Part shown: piece after piece, positions 1 to 10,336 of the stretch
How the letters are laid out: every line of letters begins with the position of its first letter
Numbering within the stretch: the first letter of the stretch is position 1
Source: Patescibacteria group bacterium
Lineage (GTDB): Bacteria > Patescibacteriota > Minisyncoccia > Phycocordibacterales > UBA12445
Assembly: GCA_003504275.1 (NCBI GenBank)
Contig: DOAO01000008.1
Coordinates: 1 to 60,539 of the forward strand
DNA: 60,539 nucleotides
Reading direction: 5' to 3'
Made by a program: the position numbers and the translations under genes
The notes under the pieces: model-generated
What the model saw: the letters and a program-made list of their open reading frames with translations, nothing else
Database searches by the model: none
What the model was told of the DNA's origin: nothing

Positions 1-2
1 TA

Positions 3-1142
3 CTCGGTATCATCTCCACAGAACCAGGTATGACTCTAGGTGGTGGTATAGAGAACTCTAAACCCGTAGCTCTCTCAGCTAGAGTCCCTGTCAAAGTAAA
101 CACAGAGGGGGGTGCCATTAAGGTAGGAGACAGAATCACACTATCATCTATAGCAGGTGTAGGAGCTAAAGCCACTTCATCTTACCAACAAATAGTAGGT
201 ATAGCTCTTGAAAGCTACCCGCCCATCTTCGATGTTCGGGCAGGTAACAGAGAAGAAACAAAGAACAATCAAATCCTCGTCTTCGTAAACCTCTCCTGGA
301 ACAAGCTCGATGACTCTATCTCAAGTGGAAACATCAACACAAACTCCATCTGGACCACAGATGAAACCACAGGAGCTATCAAACTCGCTATATCACAATC
401 TCTAGATCTCAATAATCAAGATATGAAGAATGTCAGAAGTATTTTGTCGTCTTCTGGTAAGTGGAGTATTGATAACGAAAATGGAACAATAACAGTCGAA
501 GAAGTAAACTCAAAGAAACTCTGTCTCAATGACCAATGTCTAGATCGCGAAGAACTCAAATCTCTCCTTGAAATGAAAGCCGAACTCATAAACTCTGGTA
601 TATACAAGGTAAAGTCTACTACCCCAGTAGTAGAGCAAAGCTCACTACAGGGCAATGCGCCAATATCTGAAGAAATAATAGAACCCACACAACAACAAGA
701 AGACACAATCCCTCCCATTATCTCTCTCACAGGATCAGAAACAATAAACATAGAAGCAAACATAACAGGCTGGGTAGACCCAGGAGCTACGGTAACAGAC
801 AATAAAGACAATAACTTAGGCATTCAAGTATCAACATACAGTCTGCATACGCAGACAGGTAACGAAACCCTAATCTCTGAAACAGAAGCCACCGTAGACA
901 CCAGAACTCCCGCTACCTACATTATCAAATATAACACCACTGACAGTGCAGGTAACAAAGCTACGGAAGCCACTCGTACTGTAATTATTGGTGGTGGAGC
1001 TGTAGTAGAAGAACCTACACCCGCTCCTTCCGAAGAACCAATTCCTGAACCTATGGTTGAAATAAGTTCAGAACCTGAGCCTGTGATTGAGCCGATACCT
1101 GAATCAGAAATTGGAACAACGACGGAACCATCATCTGAATAA
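3..1142 (+). CDS. C-terminal part of a large surface protein (5' end outside window): peptidase-G2/IMC-like region, DUF5011-type Ig-like domain, Pro/Glu tail
   Basis: Frame is open from base 3 (LGIISTEPG-MTLGG), so the ATG at 30 is internal. Motifs PVALSARVPVKV..GAIKVGDRITLS and DTIPPIISLTG..DPGATVTDNKD. Confidence 0.7.
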   Translation, partial: LGIISTEPGMTLGGGIENSKPVALSARVPVKVNTEGGAIKVGDRITLSSIAGVGAKATSSYQQIVGIALESYPPIFDVRAGNREETKNNQILVFVNLSWNKLDDSISSGNINTNSIWTTDETTGAIKLAISQSLDLNNQDMKNVRSILSSSGKWSIDNENGTITVEEVNSKKLCLNDQCLDREELKSLLEMKAELINSGIYKVKSTTPVVEQSSLQGNAPISEEIIEPTQQQEDTIPPIISLTGSETINIEANITGWVDPGATVTDNKDNNLGIQVSTYSLHTQTGNETLISETEATVDTRTPATYIIKYNTTDSAGNKATEATRTVIIGGGAVVEEPTPAPSEEPIPEPMVEISSEPEPVIEPIPESEIGTTTEPSSE

Positions 1143-1162
1143 ACAGCCATTCTTTAGTTATT

Positions 1163-1196
1163 AAAAAACACCCTCAGTTCATGACGGGGTGTTTTT
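1163..1196. terminator. bidirectional intrinsic terminator
   Basis: AAAAAACACCC..GGGGTGTTTTT hairpin between convergent genes. Confidence 0.7.
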
Positions 1197-1219
1197 GTTT
1201 GAAAAATATACAATGTGCT

Positions 1220-2368
1220 TTATTTTTCATAAACTTTTATTGTTTTCCTTTGCATCATTTCAAAATTAAATCGGACTACTACGTTGTCTTTTATTTTTTT
1301 ACGAAGCGCTGTTCGCACCTTTTTGTTAACAATGAGTTCTGTCATTGCATTAGCTAAGGCGTCGGATCTTCTTGATTTAACCAGAAAATCTGTTTTTTCT
1401 TCACCGACTATATCCGGTATGCCACCAACCTTCGTTGTTATTATTGGTAAACCAACATAACCGGCCTCTAGTAAAACATACGGTAATCCCTCCTTAAGAG
1501 AGGGAAGCATAAATATATCAAATGCAGATAAATATTGTTTCGCATTTTCCATAAAACCCGGCAAAAAGACTCTATCTGTTAATTTTTTTTCAGAAATAAG
1601 ATTTTCTAACTTTTTTCTATTTTCCCCCTCTCCTATAACAATATAAGAAATTTTCTTCTTAATAGCCGGGGCAAGTAAAGATATTGCTTCAATTCCATAA
1701 TTAATACCCTTATTTTCAGTAAGCTCCGCAATTGTTCCTATGGAAATACGCCCTAAAAATGGGTCTTTTTCGAGCTTTTGAACCAAATAATCTCTAGCTG
1801 CATCTTTTTCTAAATATTCAAATGAGTTGATGCCGTTGTGAATAAGCGTGAATTTCTGTCTACAAAAAGGAAGGCGTCTTCCTTGCCTTAGGTCGTGTTC
1901 GTCAATAACGATTGTTTTTGTTGATAAAAGCACTGTTATCCAGCTAACAATCCAGATTGCAACCTTTGATAGGGGGTTACGGTTTTCATTAAATGGCCAC
2001 CCATGAGCAGTAAAAATTATTTTTGGAATCCCCGAAACCCTAGCTGCTAATGCTCCTATTCCTCCAATTTTTGAGCTATTTAAGTGTATTACGTCAGGTT
2101 TTTCTTTTCTAAATATTTCTAATATCTCATTAAATGATTTTACATCATTCTCAAGATCTATGTTTTTTTCTAATAAAGAAAGAGAAATGGTTCTTATTCC
2201 TTCTGATTCAAGTTTTTCTTTTAAAGCTCCTGAGCCACCAAGAAGGACAACCACCTCAAATCTATCTTTTGGAAGGGAAGTTGCCAATTCAAGTACATAT
2301 TTTCCAGCCCCACCATAAACTGATTTGGTAATAGCATATATGATTTTAAGCTTTCGTTGCTTATTCAT
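1220..2368 (-). CDS. GT4 family glycosyltransferase
   Basis: YGGAGKY, KPDVIHLNSSK, EGLPYVLLEA motifs. Start placed at MNKQRKLKII (2368). Confidence 0.9.
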   Translation of the reverse strand: MNKQRKLKIIYAITKSVYGGAGKYVLELATSLPKDRFEVVVLLGGSGALKEKLESEGIRTISLSLLEKNIDLENDVKSFNEILEIFRKEKPDVIHLNSSKIGGIGALAARVSGIPKIIFTAHGWPFNENRNPLSKVAIWIVSWITVLLSTKTIVIDEHDLRQGRRLPFCRQKFTLIHNGINSFEYLEKDAARDYLVQKLEKDPFLGRISIGTIAELTENKGINYGIEAISLLAPAIKKKISYIVIGEGENRKKLENLISEKKLTDRVFLPGFMENAKQYLSAFDIFMLPSLKEGLPYVLLEAGYVGLPIITTKVGGIPDIVGEEKTDFLVKSRRSDALANAMTELIVNKKVRTALRKKIKDNVVVRFNFEMMQRKTIKVYEK

Positions 2369-2547
2369 CCCGTTTAGAAGTAGGTCGCGGTTACCCGCAC
2401 TCCCACCAATCAATTAATTATTAAACCATAATATCCTTTAATGTAATCCCGTATCTAATTGTAAACTGTGACTGGCGACTTCTAACAGGATTCATTTACT
2501 TTCATTATAACACTTTTTAAGTTAAAATGGTCTCTATATAATAAAAA

Positions 2548-3864
2548 ATGACATTAGTTGGTAAAAAAGATGCTATTTTTTTGTTTTTAGGCGATATTTT
2601 ATCGTTTATTTTCGCATTGTGGGTCGCACTTTTGATTCGTTATCAGCATATTCCGGAATTTTCTTTATTTGAAACAAATTTTATTGCTTTTTTACCGGTT
2701 TTTGGTTTTTGGATACTTTCTTTTTTTATTTTTGGTTTTTATGATAAACAAACCACGGCCTTTAAAAAAAGACTTCCTTCCGCAATCTTTAACGTAAGCA
2801 TAACCAATGGTTTTGTTGCTCTTTCTTTCTTCTATTTTTTTGCTGAGGGAGACATAACACCAAAGACCAATCTTTTACTATGTCTGACCCTCTCTATTAT
2901 TTTTATGATATTTGTCAGAACAAATATTTTTAGTTTGGTCCAGTCTTCTAGGATTGGCAATGTTCTTCTTGTTGGAGATGGTCATGAGATCAAGGAGATA
3001 GCGGAGGAGATAGAGCGTAATTCAAGCTACGGAATGAATCATATTTTAATAAGATCTTTGGATGAAAATATTTTTCAGTTTGCTATAGACAACAAATCAA
3101 AAAATATAATTTTAAATTTGAGATGTATAAGAAACGATAGAAATAATGGATTGGTTTATAGACTGCTCTCTTCCGGATTTAATATAATAGATGCAGAGAG
3201 GGTATACGAGAGTCTTTTTGATAAAATATCCCTTTCTTATGTTAATGACGAGTGGTTTTTTGAGAATGAACCAGACAGTCCTCGTTTTTTGTATGAGCTT
3301 TTTAAAAGAGGATTTGATCTTGTTGTGTCCTTTGTATTGGCCTTAATTTCAATAATTTTTTATCCATTTGTCTATTTGGCAATTAAATTAGATGACGGTG
3401 GCCCAATATTTCTTTTTCAGGATAGGGTTGGTAAAAATGGCAAGAAAGTAAGGATCGTTAAATTTAGGACAATGAGTGTAAGTGATGAAGGAAAGTGGGT
3501 TGTTAAAAATGACCCAAGAATAACTCGTGTGGGAAGTTTTCTGAGAAAGAGTAGAATAGATGAACTCCCACAATTGTGGAATGTTTTGAGTGGGGATATC
3601 TCTCTTATAGGCCCCAGACCGGAGCTACCCAAACTAGTAGAGCTTTATGAAAAGGAGATTCCTTATTACAATATGAGACATCTTGTTAAACCGGGTCTTT
3701 CTGGTTGGGCTCAGATACATCACGAGAAGCCGCCACACTCAATAGAAGAAACTCGCGAAAAATTATCCTATGATCTATATTATATTAAAAATAGGTCTTT
3801 CGTACTTGAATTGGAAATTGCGCTAAAGACGATAAAGACACTTTTGTCTAGAAGCGGAGTATAG
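2548..3864 (+). CDS. polyprenyl-phosphate priming sugar transferase (WcaJ/CpsE-like)
   Basis: N-terminal TM helices, KRGFDL, KFRTM, DPRITRVG, RIDELPQLWNV, GPRPE, KPGLSGWAQ. Confidence 0.95.
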   Translation: MTLVGKKDAIFLFLGDILSFIFALWVALLIRYQHIPEFSLFETNFIAFLPVFGFWILSFFIFGFYDKQTTAFKKRLPSAIFNVSITNGFVALSFFYFFAEGDITPKTNLLLCLTLSIIFMIFVRTNIFSLVQSSRIGNVLLVGDGHEIKEIAEEIERNSSYGMNHILIRSLDENIFQFAIDNKSKNIILNLRCIRNDRNNGLVYRLLSSGFNIIDAERVYESLFDKISLSYVNDEWFFENEPDSPRFLYELFKRGFDLVVSFVLALISIIFYPFVYLAIKLDDGGPIFLFQDRVGKNGKKVRIVKFRTMSVSDEGKWVVKNDPRITRVGSFLRKSRIDELPQLWNVLSGDISLIGPRPELPKLVELYEKEIPYYNMRHLVKPGLSGWAQIHHEKPPHSIEETREKLSYDLYYIKNRSFVLELEIALKTIKTLLSRSGV

Positions 3865-3952
3865 AAAAAAGAATAATGAAGTATGAATTAAGAATTAAGC
3901 ACAAGCTAAAATATTCTTAATTATTAATTCTTTATTCTTAATTCATAAAGAA

Positions 3953-5026
3953 ATGGTTAAATCCAAGAAAACAATAAAGGAATCTAAAAAAACTGATACT
4001 CAAACAGATCCTAGCTGTATTGTGGTTTTTGGCGCAGCCGGTTATGTCGGAAGGATGCTTTGCGATCAATTTTGTTCGGCTCCCAGCGTTAAAGAGATCA
4101 TCGCAATAGATAGATTACCGATGCCGGATATTCTAAAAAGAAAAAAGAAGATAACATGGATAGAGGCCGATTTATCTCAAGATGACTGGCACGGTAAGTT
4201 AATAGGAAAAGAGCCGGAAATTGCGATTCATACAGCTTGGGATTTTGAAAAAGGAGGCGATGAAATTAAAAATTTAAATGCTTCAGAAAAAATTTTTGAA
4301 TTCTGTTTTAATAGACCATCTATAAATAAAATAATTTATTTAAGTTCCATTCTTCCTTATGGAGCAACTTCAGACAACAATAGAGATAGAATGTTTTCTG
4401 AAGGAGAAATTCTTCGGGAAAATGAATATTCCTATGCGGTAAATAAAAAAGAGGTAGAATCTTTATTGGCCAGACAATATAGTGGTTCCAATAGAACAAA
4501 AAATGTTTTTGTTTTGAGACCGGGGATTATTTATGGCCCAATGGGAGCCTCAATCCCTTCTTTTAGGGAACCGCTTTTAAAAATATTGGATTCTTTGCCT
4601 TATTTTTTTAAGCCTGATAATGATTATGGTTTGCAATATGTACATGAGGATGATCTTGTTGATCTTAATGCAGTCCTTGTTTTTAATAAGGTGCCATTTA
4701 AGGGGTATGAAGTTTTTAATGTCGTGACTAGTAAGCCATTGGATTCTAGCGAAATAGCTGTTTTTCTTAAAAAACAAATAGTAGATATTCCATATTTTTT
4801 AGTTCGTTTATTTTTTACCACTTTTGGTGCACGCTATAGCGAGGAACTTACCCAAAAAGGTGTTTGGAAATATTTATATTATCCGGTCTTTGCTGATGGC
4901 AGTAAACTAGTTAAAAAATTAAAATTTGAATTTATTTATTCTACCAAGGAAGTTGCTATGGGGGAGTGTGGAAGATATTCTCATCTTGCTCCCAAAAAAG
5001 AGGAAGGGGCAGAAACTAAGGAGTAA
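3953..5026 (+). CDS. NAD-dependent epimerase/dehydratase (extended SDR)
   Basis: GAAGYVG Rossmann motif, YAVNK (YxxxK), LRPGIIYGP. Confidence 0.85.
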   Translation: MVKSKKTIKESKKTDTQTDPSCIVVFGAAGYVGRMLCDQFCSAPSVKEIIAIDRLPMPDILKRKKKITWIEADLSQDDWHGKLIGKEPEIAIHTAWDFEKGGDEIKNLNASEKIFEFCFNRPSINKIIYLSSILPYGATSDNNRDRMFSEGEILRENEYSYAVNKKEVESLLARQYSGSNRTKNVFVLRPGIIYGPMGASIPSFREPLLKILDSLPYFFKPDNDYGLQYVHEDDLVDLNAVLVFNKVPFKGYEVFNVVTSKPLDSSEIAVFLKKQIVDIPYFLVRLFFTTFGARYSEELTQKGVWKYLYYPVFADGSKLVKKLKFEFIYSTKEVAMGECGRYSHLAPKKEEGAETKE

Positions 5027-5034
5027 TTCCGCCC

Positions 5035-5160
5035 ATCATTGCCTACCTGCCCTGCATGCGTAGGCATGGCAGACGGGCGAGATTTGAAAATTTTGGAAGC
5101 TCAACCTCCTAAGAAAGAGATTGAGCTTCTTTTTTAAAAATTTTCAAATCTCGCAATGAC
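5035..5160. repeat. long palindromic REP-like element with a nested GC-rich insert
   Basis: ATCATTGC[insert about 5043-5078]GAGATTTGAAAA...TTTTCAAATCTCGCAATGAC. Inverted copy at 8800-8888. Confidence 0.8.
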
Positions 5161-5213
5161 TGTGTTTTTGTGCGGATTATGCTAACCCTGCTCTCGTTGA
5201 TATAATTGAATTT

Positions 5214-6425
5214 ATGCAAGATAAAGAAGAAAAAAAGATATTTGGTTTTAGTCGAAATATATTTTCGATGGGAGTTGTTAGTTTTTTGAATGATGTATCT
5301 TCAGAAATGGTCTTTTCTTATATTCCTATATTTTTAACCACTGTTTTAGGAGCATCCGTTACTTTTGTCGGTTTGATTGAGGGTTTTGCTGATGCAACAG
5401 CTAGTATTTTAAAGATATTCGCCGGTAGGTTGTCTGATAAGTTGGGAAAAAGAAAGGCGATGGTTGTTTTTGGGTACAGTCTTTCTGCTGTTGCAAAACC
5501 TATTCTAGCTATTGCTATGGCCCCGTGGCATGTTTTGGTTGTAAGGTTTGTGGATAGGGTTGGCAAGGGCACCAGAGAGGCGCCCAGAGATGCTTTGATA
5601 AGCTCCTCTGTTAATAAAGGTAATATAGGCAGAGCGTTCGGTTTTAATAGGGGAGCAGATAGGCTTGGTGCAACAGTCGGACTCATTATTGCTTTTCTTG
5701 TATTGCCTCTTATAAATAATAATTACAGATTTCTCTTTTTGCTATCTTTTATTGCCAGTGCGTTTGCTGTTTTAGTTCTTGTGGTGTTTGTAAAAGAAGT
5801 ACCACCAAGAGAGAAAAAAGACGGCGAAGTGGATATTAAATTTGAGTTCAAACATTTAGGAGCCCCGTTTGTTGTTTTCTTAATTGCATCCACTATTTTT
5901 GCTTTGGGTACAGTATCGGAAGCGCTAATTATTCTTCGGGCTAGTGGTGTGGGCGTCCCACTTCATCTTCTTCCTATAATATATTTGGTTTTTAATTTAG
6001 TTTTTTCGGTTCTTTCTGTGCCCGCAGGATCTCTCTCTGATAAGATTGGCCATCGAAATACATACATGATAGGAATGCTTATATTTTCATTTACATATAT
6101 CTTGTTTGCAAACACCACATCCCCATTCTTTATTTGGTTTATTTTTGCTTTATATGGAGTTTATGCTGCTTTTACGGATGGTGTTGGTAGGGCAATAGTT
6201 GCCGATTTGGTACAAGAAGACAGATTACGCGCCACTGCTTATGGTTTATATAGTGCTTTCACAGGACTTGCGCTTCTTCCGGGAAGTCTCATTTTTGGAT
6301 TTTTGTGGGACAAGTTTGGTTACGAAACTGCTTTTTATTATGGAGCTTCGCTGGGGATAATAGCTTTTGTTATTTTTGCTTTTCTACGATACGACGAATC
6401 CCACGTCAGCAAAAGACTATATTGA
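5214..6425 (+). CDS. MFS transporter
   Basis: About 12 hydrophobic segments. Motif A GRLSDKLGKRK and GSLSDKIGHR. Confidence 0.92.
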   Translation: MQDKEEKKIFGFSRNIFSMGVVSFLNDVSSEMVFSYIPIFLTTVLGASVTFVGLIEGFADATASILKIFAGRLSDKLGKRKAMVVFGYSLSAVAKPILAIAMAPWHVLVVRFVDRVGKGTREAPRDALISSSVNKGNIGRAFGFNRGADRLGATVGLIIAFLVLPLINNNYRFLFLLSFIASAFAVLVLVVFVKEVPPREKKDGEVDIKFEFKHLGAPFVVFLIASTIFALGTVSEALIILRASGVGVPLHLLPIIYLVFNLVFSVLSVPAGSLSDKIGHRNTYMIGMLIFSFTYILFANTTSPFFIWFIFALYGVYAAFTDGVGRAIVADLVQEDRLRATAYGLYSAFTGLALLPGSLIFGFLWDKFGYETAFYYGASLGIIAFVIFAFLRYDESHVSKRLY

Positions 6426-6504
6426 TGCTTATATTTTTTTGCATTTTAGTGTTTTTTTATGCATACTTCTATTTCTTAACTCAAAATTTTTTATTTTTTA
6501 AAAA

Positions 6505-7365
6505 ATGATAATTGACGGCAATAAAATTTCTGAAGATATGAGACTTTCGCTAAAACAGCGTATTTTTGAAATATGCAAAGAGGGTAAATGCGAAAAGATA
6601 TCTCTCGGTATCGTACTTGTTGGAGATAATTCTGTTTCAAAAAAATATATTCAGAAAAAAAGGGAATTTGGAGAAAGCCTGGGTGTTAAGGTTGATGTTT
6701 TTGTATTTGAACCGTCTATTAATGAAGACGAATTAGTATTAGAAATAATAAAGATAGCAGATAGTCATAGCGGTGTCGTTGTGCAGTTACCTCTTCCAAA
6801 AAACATGAATATACAAAAAATTTTGGATGCGGTGCCAAGGCTAAAAGATGTTGATGTTTTAGCCACTTCCTCTTATGAGCTTTTTACAAAGGGGGAATGG
6901 TTTTTGCCACCAGTTGTTAGGGCGATAAAAGAAATTCTAGATCGTTCTGGTGCGATAGATTTAGAGGGGACAAGCGCACTTGTATTGGGGCAGGGAAGAC
7001 TTGTTGGTAAACCAGTTACAGCTTGGCTGAAACATGAGGGAGCCAATGTTATGATTGCAAAAAAAGATACTCAAGATATTGCAGAATTATCCAAAGAATC
7101 AGACATTATAATTTCGGGGGTAGGTGTTCCTAGTGTATTAAAACCGGAGATGCTTCCTGATGTTAAAAGTACAAATAGCGGAAGGGGGGTTATTATTGTT
7201 GATGCAGGAACGTCTGAGTCATCCGGTAAAATAGTGGGTGACGCTGATCCATCGTGTGCTCAAAAAAGTCATATTTTTACTCCTGTTCCTGGTGGAGTGG
7301 GTCCGGTTACGGTTGCATCCCTGTTTAGTAACCTCGTAGATCTTTGGTCTCGTAAAAATGTTTGA
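6505..7365 (+). CDS. folD: methylenetetrahydrofolate dehydrogenase/cyclohydrolase
   Basis: MIIDG, VVVQLPLP, KDVDV, LVGKP, TPVPGGVGPVTV. Confidence 0.95.
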   Translation: MIIDGNKISEDMRLSLKQRIFEICKEGKCEKISLGIVLVGDNSVSKKYIQKKREFGESLGVKVDVFVFEPSINEDELVLEIIKIADSHSGVVVQLPLPKNMNIQKILDAVPRLKDVDVLATSSYELFTKGEWFLPPVVRAIKEILDRSGAIDLEGTSALVLGQGRLVGKPVTAWLKHEGANVMIAKKDTQDIAELSKESDIIISGVGVPSVLKPEMLPDVKSTNSGRGVIIVDAGTSESSGKIVGDADPSCAQKSHIFTPVPGGVGPVTVASLFSNLVDLWSRKNV

Positions 7366-7497
7366 TTAATCTTTGGGATTTATTTAGTGCTTATATATTT
7401 TATATTTAAAAAAGACCTCCATTGAGAGGGTTTTGGGTGGTGTATATATTGTTTTTTTGTTACAATTTAAGTGTTATAAGTTAAATATTTTTAAATT

Positions 7498-7932
7498 ATG
7501 ATTTGGGCAAATTTAAATGAAATGGATGAGGAGGTAAAGATTAAACCACAAGCTCAAGTGGCGCAACAGACAGAACCACAGGTAGTTAAATCAGATTGGG
7601 CTTTGGCTACAGATGTTTATAATAAAGGAAGAAATATTGTTGTAAAATTAAATTTAGCCGGTATTGATCCTGATAAAATAGATATTTCGGTAACATCTGA
7701 TTCTGTTAAAATTTCCGGTGTAGCGGAGGAAGAGGAAACAACAGAAGGGTGCGATTATTTTGTCAAAGAAATTAGACGTGGGTCTTTTGAGAGGGTTGTT
7801 AAGTTCCCTGTTAGGGTAGAAATGGACAAGGCCGAAGCTGAATATAAGAATGGGATTCTTAAAATCACCATTCCAAAAAGAGAAGAAAGTATCGTGAATA
7901 AAATAAAGGTAAAAGCTATCTCAAATCAATAG
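7498..7932 (+). CDS. Hsp20/alpha-crystallin small heat-shock protein
   Basis: EIRRGSFERVVKFP and AEYKNGILKITIPK. Confidence 0.92.
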   Translation: MIWANLNEMDEEVKIKPQAQVAQQTEPQVVKSDWALATDVYNKGRNIVVKLNLAGIDPDKIDISVTSDSVKISGVAEEEETTEGCDYFVKEIRRGSFERVVKFPVRVEMDKAEAEYKNGILKITIPKREESIVNKIKVKAISNQ

Positions 7933-7933
7933 A

Positions 7934-8779
7934 TTGAAAGAAGAAACAGAGGCTAAAAAAATATTAGTGCTTTATCATGCTGACTGTTCAGATGGTTTTG
8001 GTGCCGCTTATTCTGCCTGGAAAAAATTTGGCGACATGGCGGAATACATGCCCATTCTTTATAAAACAGACCCGCCAGATGTTCGGGGGAAAATTGTTTA
8101 CATATTAGATTATGGCTTTCCTCGGAATATTACAGAAAAGATAGCTATGGATGCAGATAAGCTAATAATAATAGACCACCACGTTACCAATAAGGATATA
8201 GTTGAATTAGCCCCTGAGCATATTTTTGATATTTCACATTCTGGTTCTGTTTTGGCCTGGAAATATTTCCATCCAGATATTCCAGTGCCGCTGCTTTTAA
8301 AATATGTTGAAGATAAGGATCTTTGGAGGTTTTTGTTACCAGACAGCAAGGAGGTGTCTCGTTGGTTTGCGAATTTACCGGCAGATTTTAATACTTGGGA
8401 TAGGATGATTGCCGATTTTGAGAATGAAGACACCAGACGAGCTTTTATAGCAGAAGGGGGTAGAATTTTGACACAAGTAAATAAAGTCATAGATGACCTT
8501 GTTTCTCGAGCCAAGCCGATTATTTTTGAGGGTTATAAGACGCTTATTATAGAAACACCGGTATTTCACTCCGAAGTAGGTAATGCTCTTGCGAACAAGC
8601 TTCCTCCAATTGGTATCGTGTGTGTAGAGAAGAACGGAAAATTTTCAGTATCTTTAAGGTCAGACGGCACAGTAGATGTGTCTAAACTAGCTGAAAAATA
8701 CGGGGGAGGGGGTCATAAATCTGCATCAGGTTTTGTTTTGGATACTAGGGAGGAATTAAACAATCTATTTAAACTTTAG
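7934..8779 (+). CDS. DHH/DHHA1 phosphoesterase (nanoRNase-like)
   Basis: YHADCSDG, IIIDHH, SLRS, GGGGHKSASGF. Confidence 0.9.
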   Translation: MKEETEAKKILVLYHADCSDGFGAAYSAWKKFGDMAEYMPILYKTDPPDVRGKIVYILDYGFPRNITEKIAMDADKLIIIDHHVTNKDIVELAPEHIFDISHSGSVLAWKYFHPDIPVPLLLKYVEDKDLWRFLLPDSKEVSRWFANLPADFNTWDRMIADFENEDTRRAFIAEGGRILTQVNKVIDDLVSRAKPIIFEGYKTLIIETPVFHSEVGNALANKLPPIGIVCVEKNGKFSVSLRSDGTVDVSKLAEKYGGGGHKSASGFVLDTREELNNLFKL

Positions 8780-8799
8780 ATAATGGCTTTTGATAGTTT

Positions 8800-8888
8800 G
8801 TTATTGCGGGATTTGAAAATTTTAAAAAAGAAGCCCAACCTCTTTTTTAGGAGGCTGAGCTTCCAAAATTTTTAAATCTCGCAATGAG
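8800..8888. repeat. inverted second copy of the 5035-5160 element, without the insert
   Basis: Near-identical to the reverse complement of 5077-5160. Confidence 0.8.
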
Positions 8889-9001
8889 GGAAAGAATACA
8901 TATTGCAAATTTTGTTATTGTGGTTGACATTTGGCTTGTTCCGAGTATTATATTAAATACCACCCGCGAGGGTGGTTTAAAATAAATTAACTTTAATAAA
9001 C

Positions 9002-9190
9002 ATGTTTGATTCTTTTATTGCATATGTAAAGGAGACAAGGGCCGAGTTAAGGCACGTTAGTTGGCCTACGAAAGCTCAGACTATAAATTTTACTGTTGCG
9101 GTTATTATAATATCAATACTAACTTCTTTTTATTTAGCGTTTTTTGATGGTGTGTTTATTTCAATACTTCAAAAGGTAATTTTGATTTAG
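9002..9190 (+). CDS. secE: preprotein translocase SecE
   Basis: ELRHVSWPT plus one TM helix, upstream of nusG. Confidence 0.95.
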   Translation: MFDSFIAYVKETRAELRHVSWPTKAQTINFTVAVIIISILTSFYLAFFDGVFISILQKVILI

Positions 9191-9228
9191 TCCGTCGGCA
9201 TAATTTAATTGTTTAAAATTTTTTAAAT

Positions 9229-9771
9229 ATGAAACAAGAATTAAATACAGAAAGAAATTGGTATGCCGTTCATACTTATGCCGGGTATGAGAATGCTGTC
9301 TCTAGAAATTTGAAACAGCGTATAGAATCTCTCGGAATGGAGGACAAAATATTTAATGTTATTGTTCCTGTCGAGAAAAAGGTAAAGATAAAGGGTGGCA
9401 AAAGAGTCACAATAGAGGAAAAGATATACCCGGGATACGTATTGGTGGATATGATTGTTACAGATGATTCTTGGTATGTTGTCAGAAATACACCCAGGGT
9501 TACAGGATTCGTTGGTGCTGGAGTAAAGCCAGTTCCGCTAGATAAGACGGAGCTAGATACCTTGTTCAAGAAAATGGGCGCAGAGACAACCAAACATCAG
9601 ATTGACCTTATCGTCGGAGATCTCGTTAAGATTGTCGACGGTCCTTTCAAGGATTTTGAAGGCAAAGTAAACGCTATAGATACAGAGAGGGGTAAGGTAA
9701 AGGTATTCGTTTCAATGTTCGGAAGAGAGACTGCTGTAGAGCTAGATTTCTTGCAGGTAAGCAAAGTTTAA
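9229..9771 (+). CDS. nusG: transcription factor NusG
   Basis: WYAVHTYAGYE, PGYVLV, VRNTPRVTGFVG, KOW domain. Confidence 0.98.
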   Translation: MKQELNTERNWYAVHTYAGYENAVSRNLKQRIESLGMEDKIFNVIVPVEKKVKIKGGKRVTIEEKIYPGYVLVDMIVTDDSWYVVRNTPRVTGFVGAGVKPVPLDKTELDTLFKKMGAETTKHQIDLIVGDLVKIVDGPFKDFEGKVNAIDTERGKVKVFVSMFGRETAVELDFLQVSKV

Positions 9772-9843
9772 ATTTACATTTTCCGATTGCGGTCGCTTCT
9801 AACCGTGGTCAATGAAAAGATTTTATAAGATAAAATATCAAAA

Positions 9844-10272
9844 ATGGCAGAAAAAAAGGTTGTTAAAAAAATAAAGTTACAGATTCCCGCCGGAAAGGCT
9901 GTTCCTACACCTCCAGTTGGTCCTGCGCTTGGTCAGGCTGGTGTAAACATTGGAGAATTCATCACGAAGTTCAATGCCGCGACAGCTTCAATGATGGGAA
10001 GTATTATTCCTGTTGAAATTTCCGTTTACGATAACAGAAGTTTCGATTTTATATTAAAGACTCCTCCTGCTTCAGACCTTATCGCTAAGGCTGCCAAGGT
10101 AGAGAAGGGTTCTGGTATGAATGTAAAGACAAAGGCCGGAAAGATAACAAGAGCACAGCTAAGAGAGATTGCCGAGAAGAAAATGCCAGATCTTACAGCT
10201 GCTTCTGTTGAGGCAGCAATGAATACTATCGCCGGTTCCGCTAGATCAATGGGAATTGAGATAGTTGATTAA
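9844..10272 (+). CDS. rplK: 50S ribosomal protein uL11
   Basis: [35 protein letters not shown]. Confidence 0.98.
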   Translation: MAEKKVVKKIKLQIPAGKAVPTPPVGPALGQAGVNIGEFITKFNAATASMMGSIIPVEISVYDNRSFDFILKTPPASDLIAKAAKVEKGSGMNVKTKAGKITRAQLREIAEKKMPDLTAASVEAAMNTIAGSARSMGIEIVD

Positions 10273-10290
10273 GTTTTAATATTAAAAAAG

Positions 10291-10319
10291 AACCGCTTCA
10301 ATAATATTGAAGCGGTTTT
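10291..10319. terminator. bidirectional terminator after rplK
   Basis: AACCGCTTCAAT-AAT-ATTGAAGCGGTT hairpin with T tract. Confidence 0.8.
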
Positions 10320-10336
10320 GGTTTATATTCGTTTAT

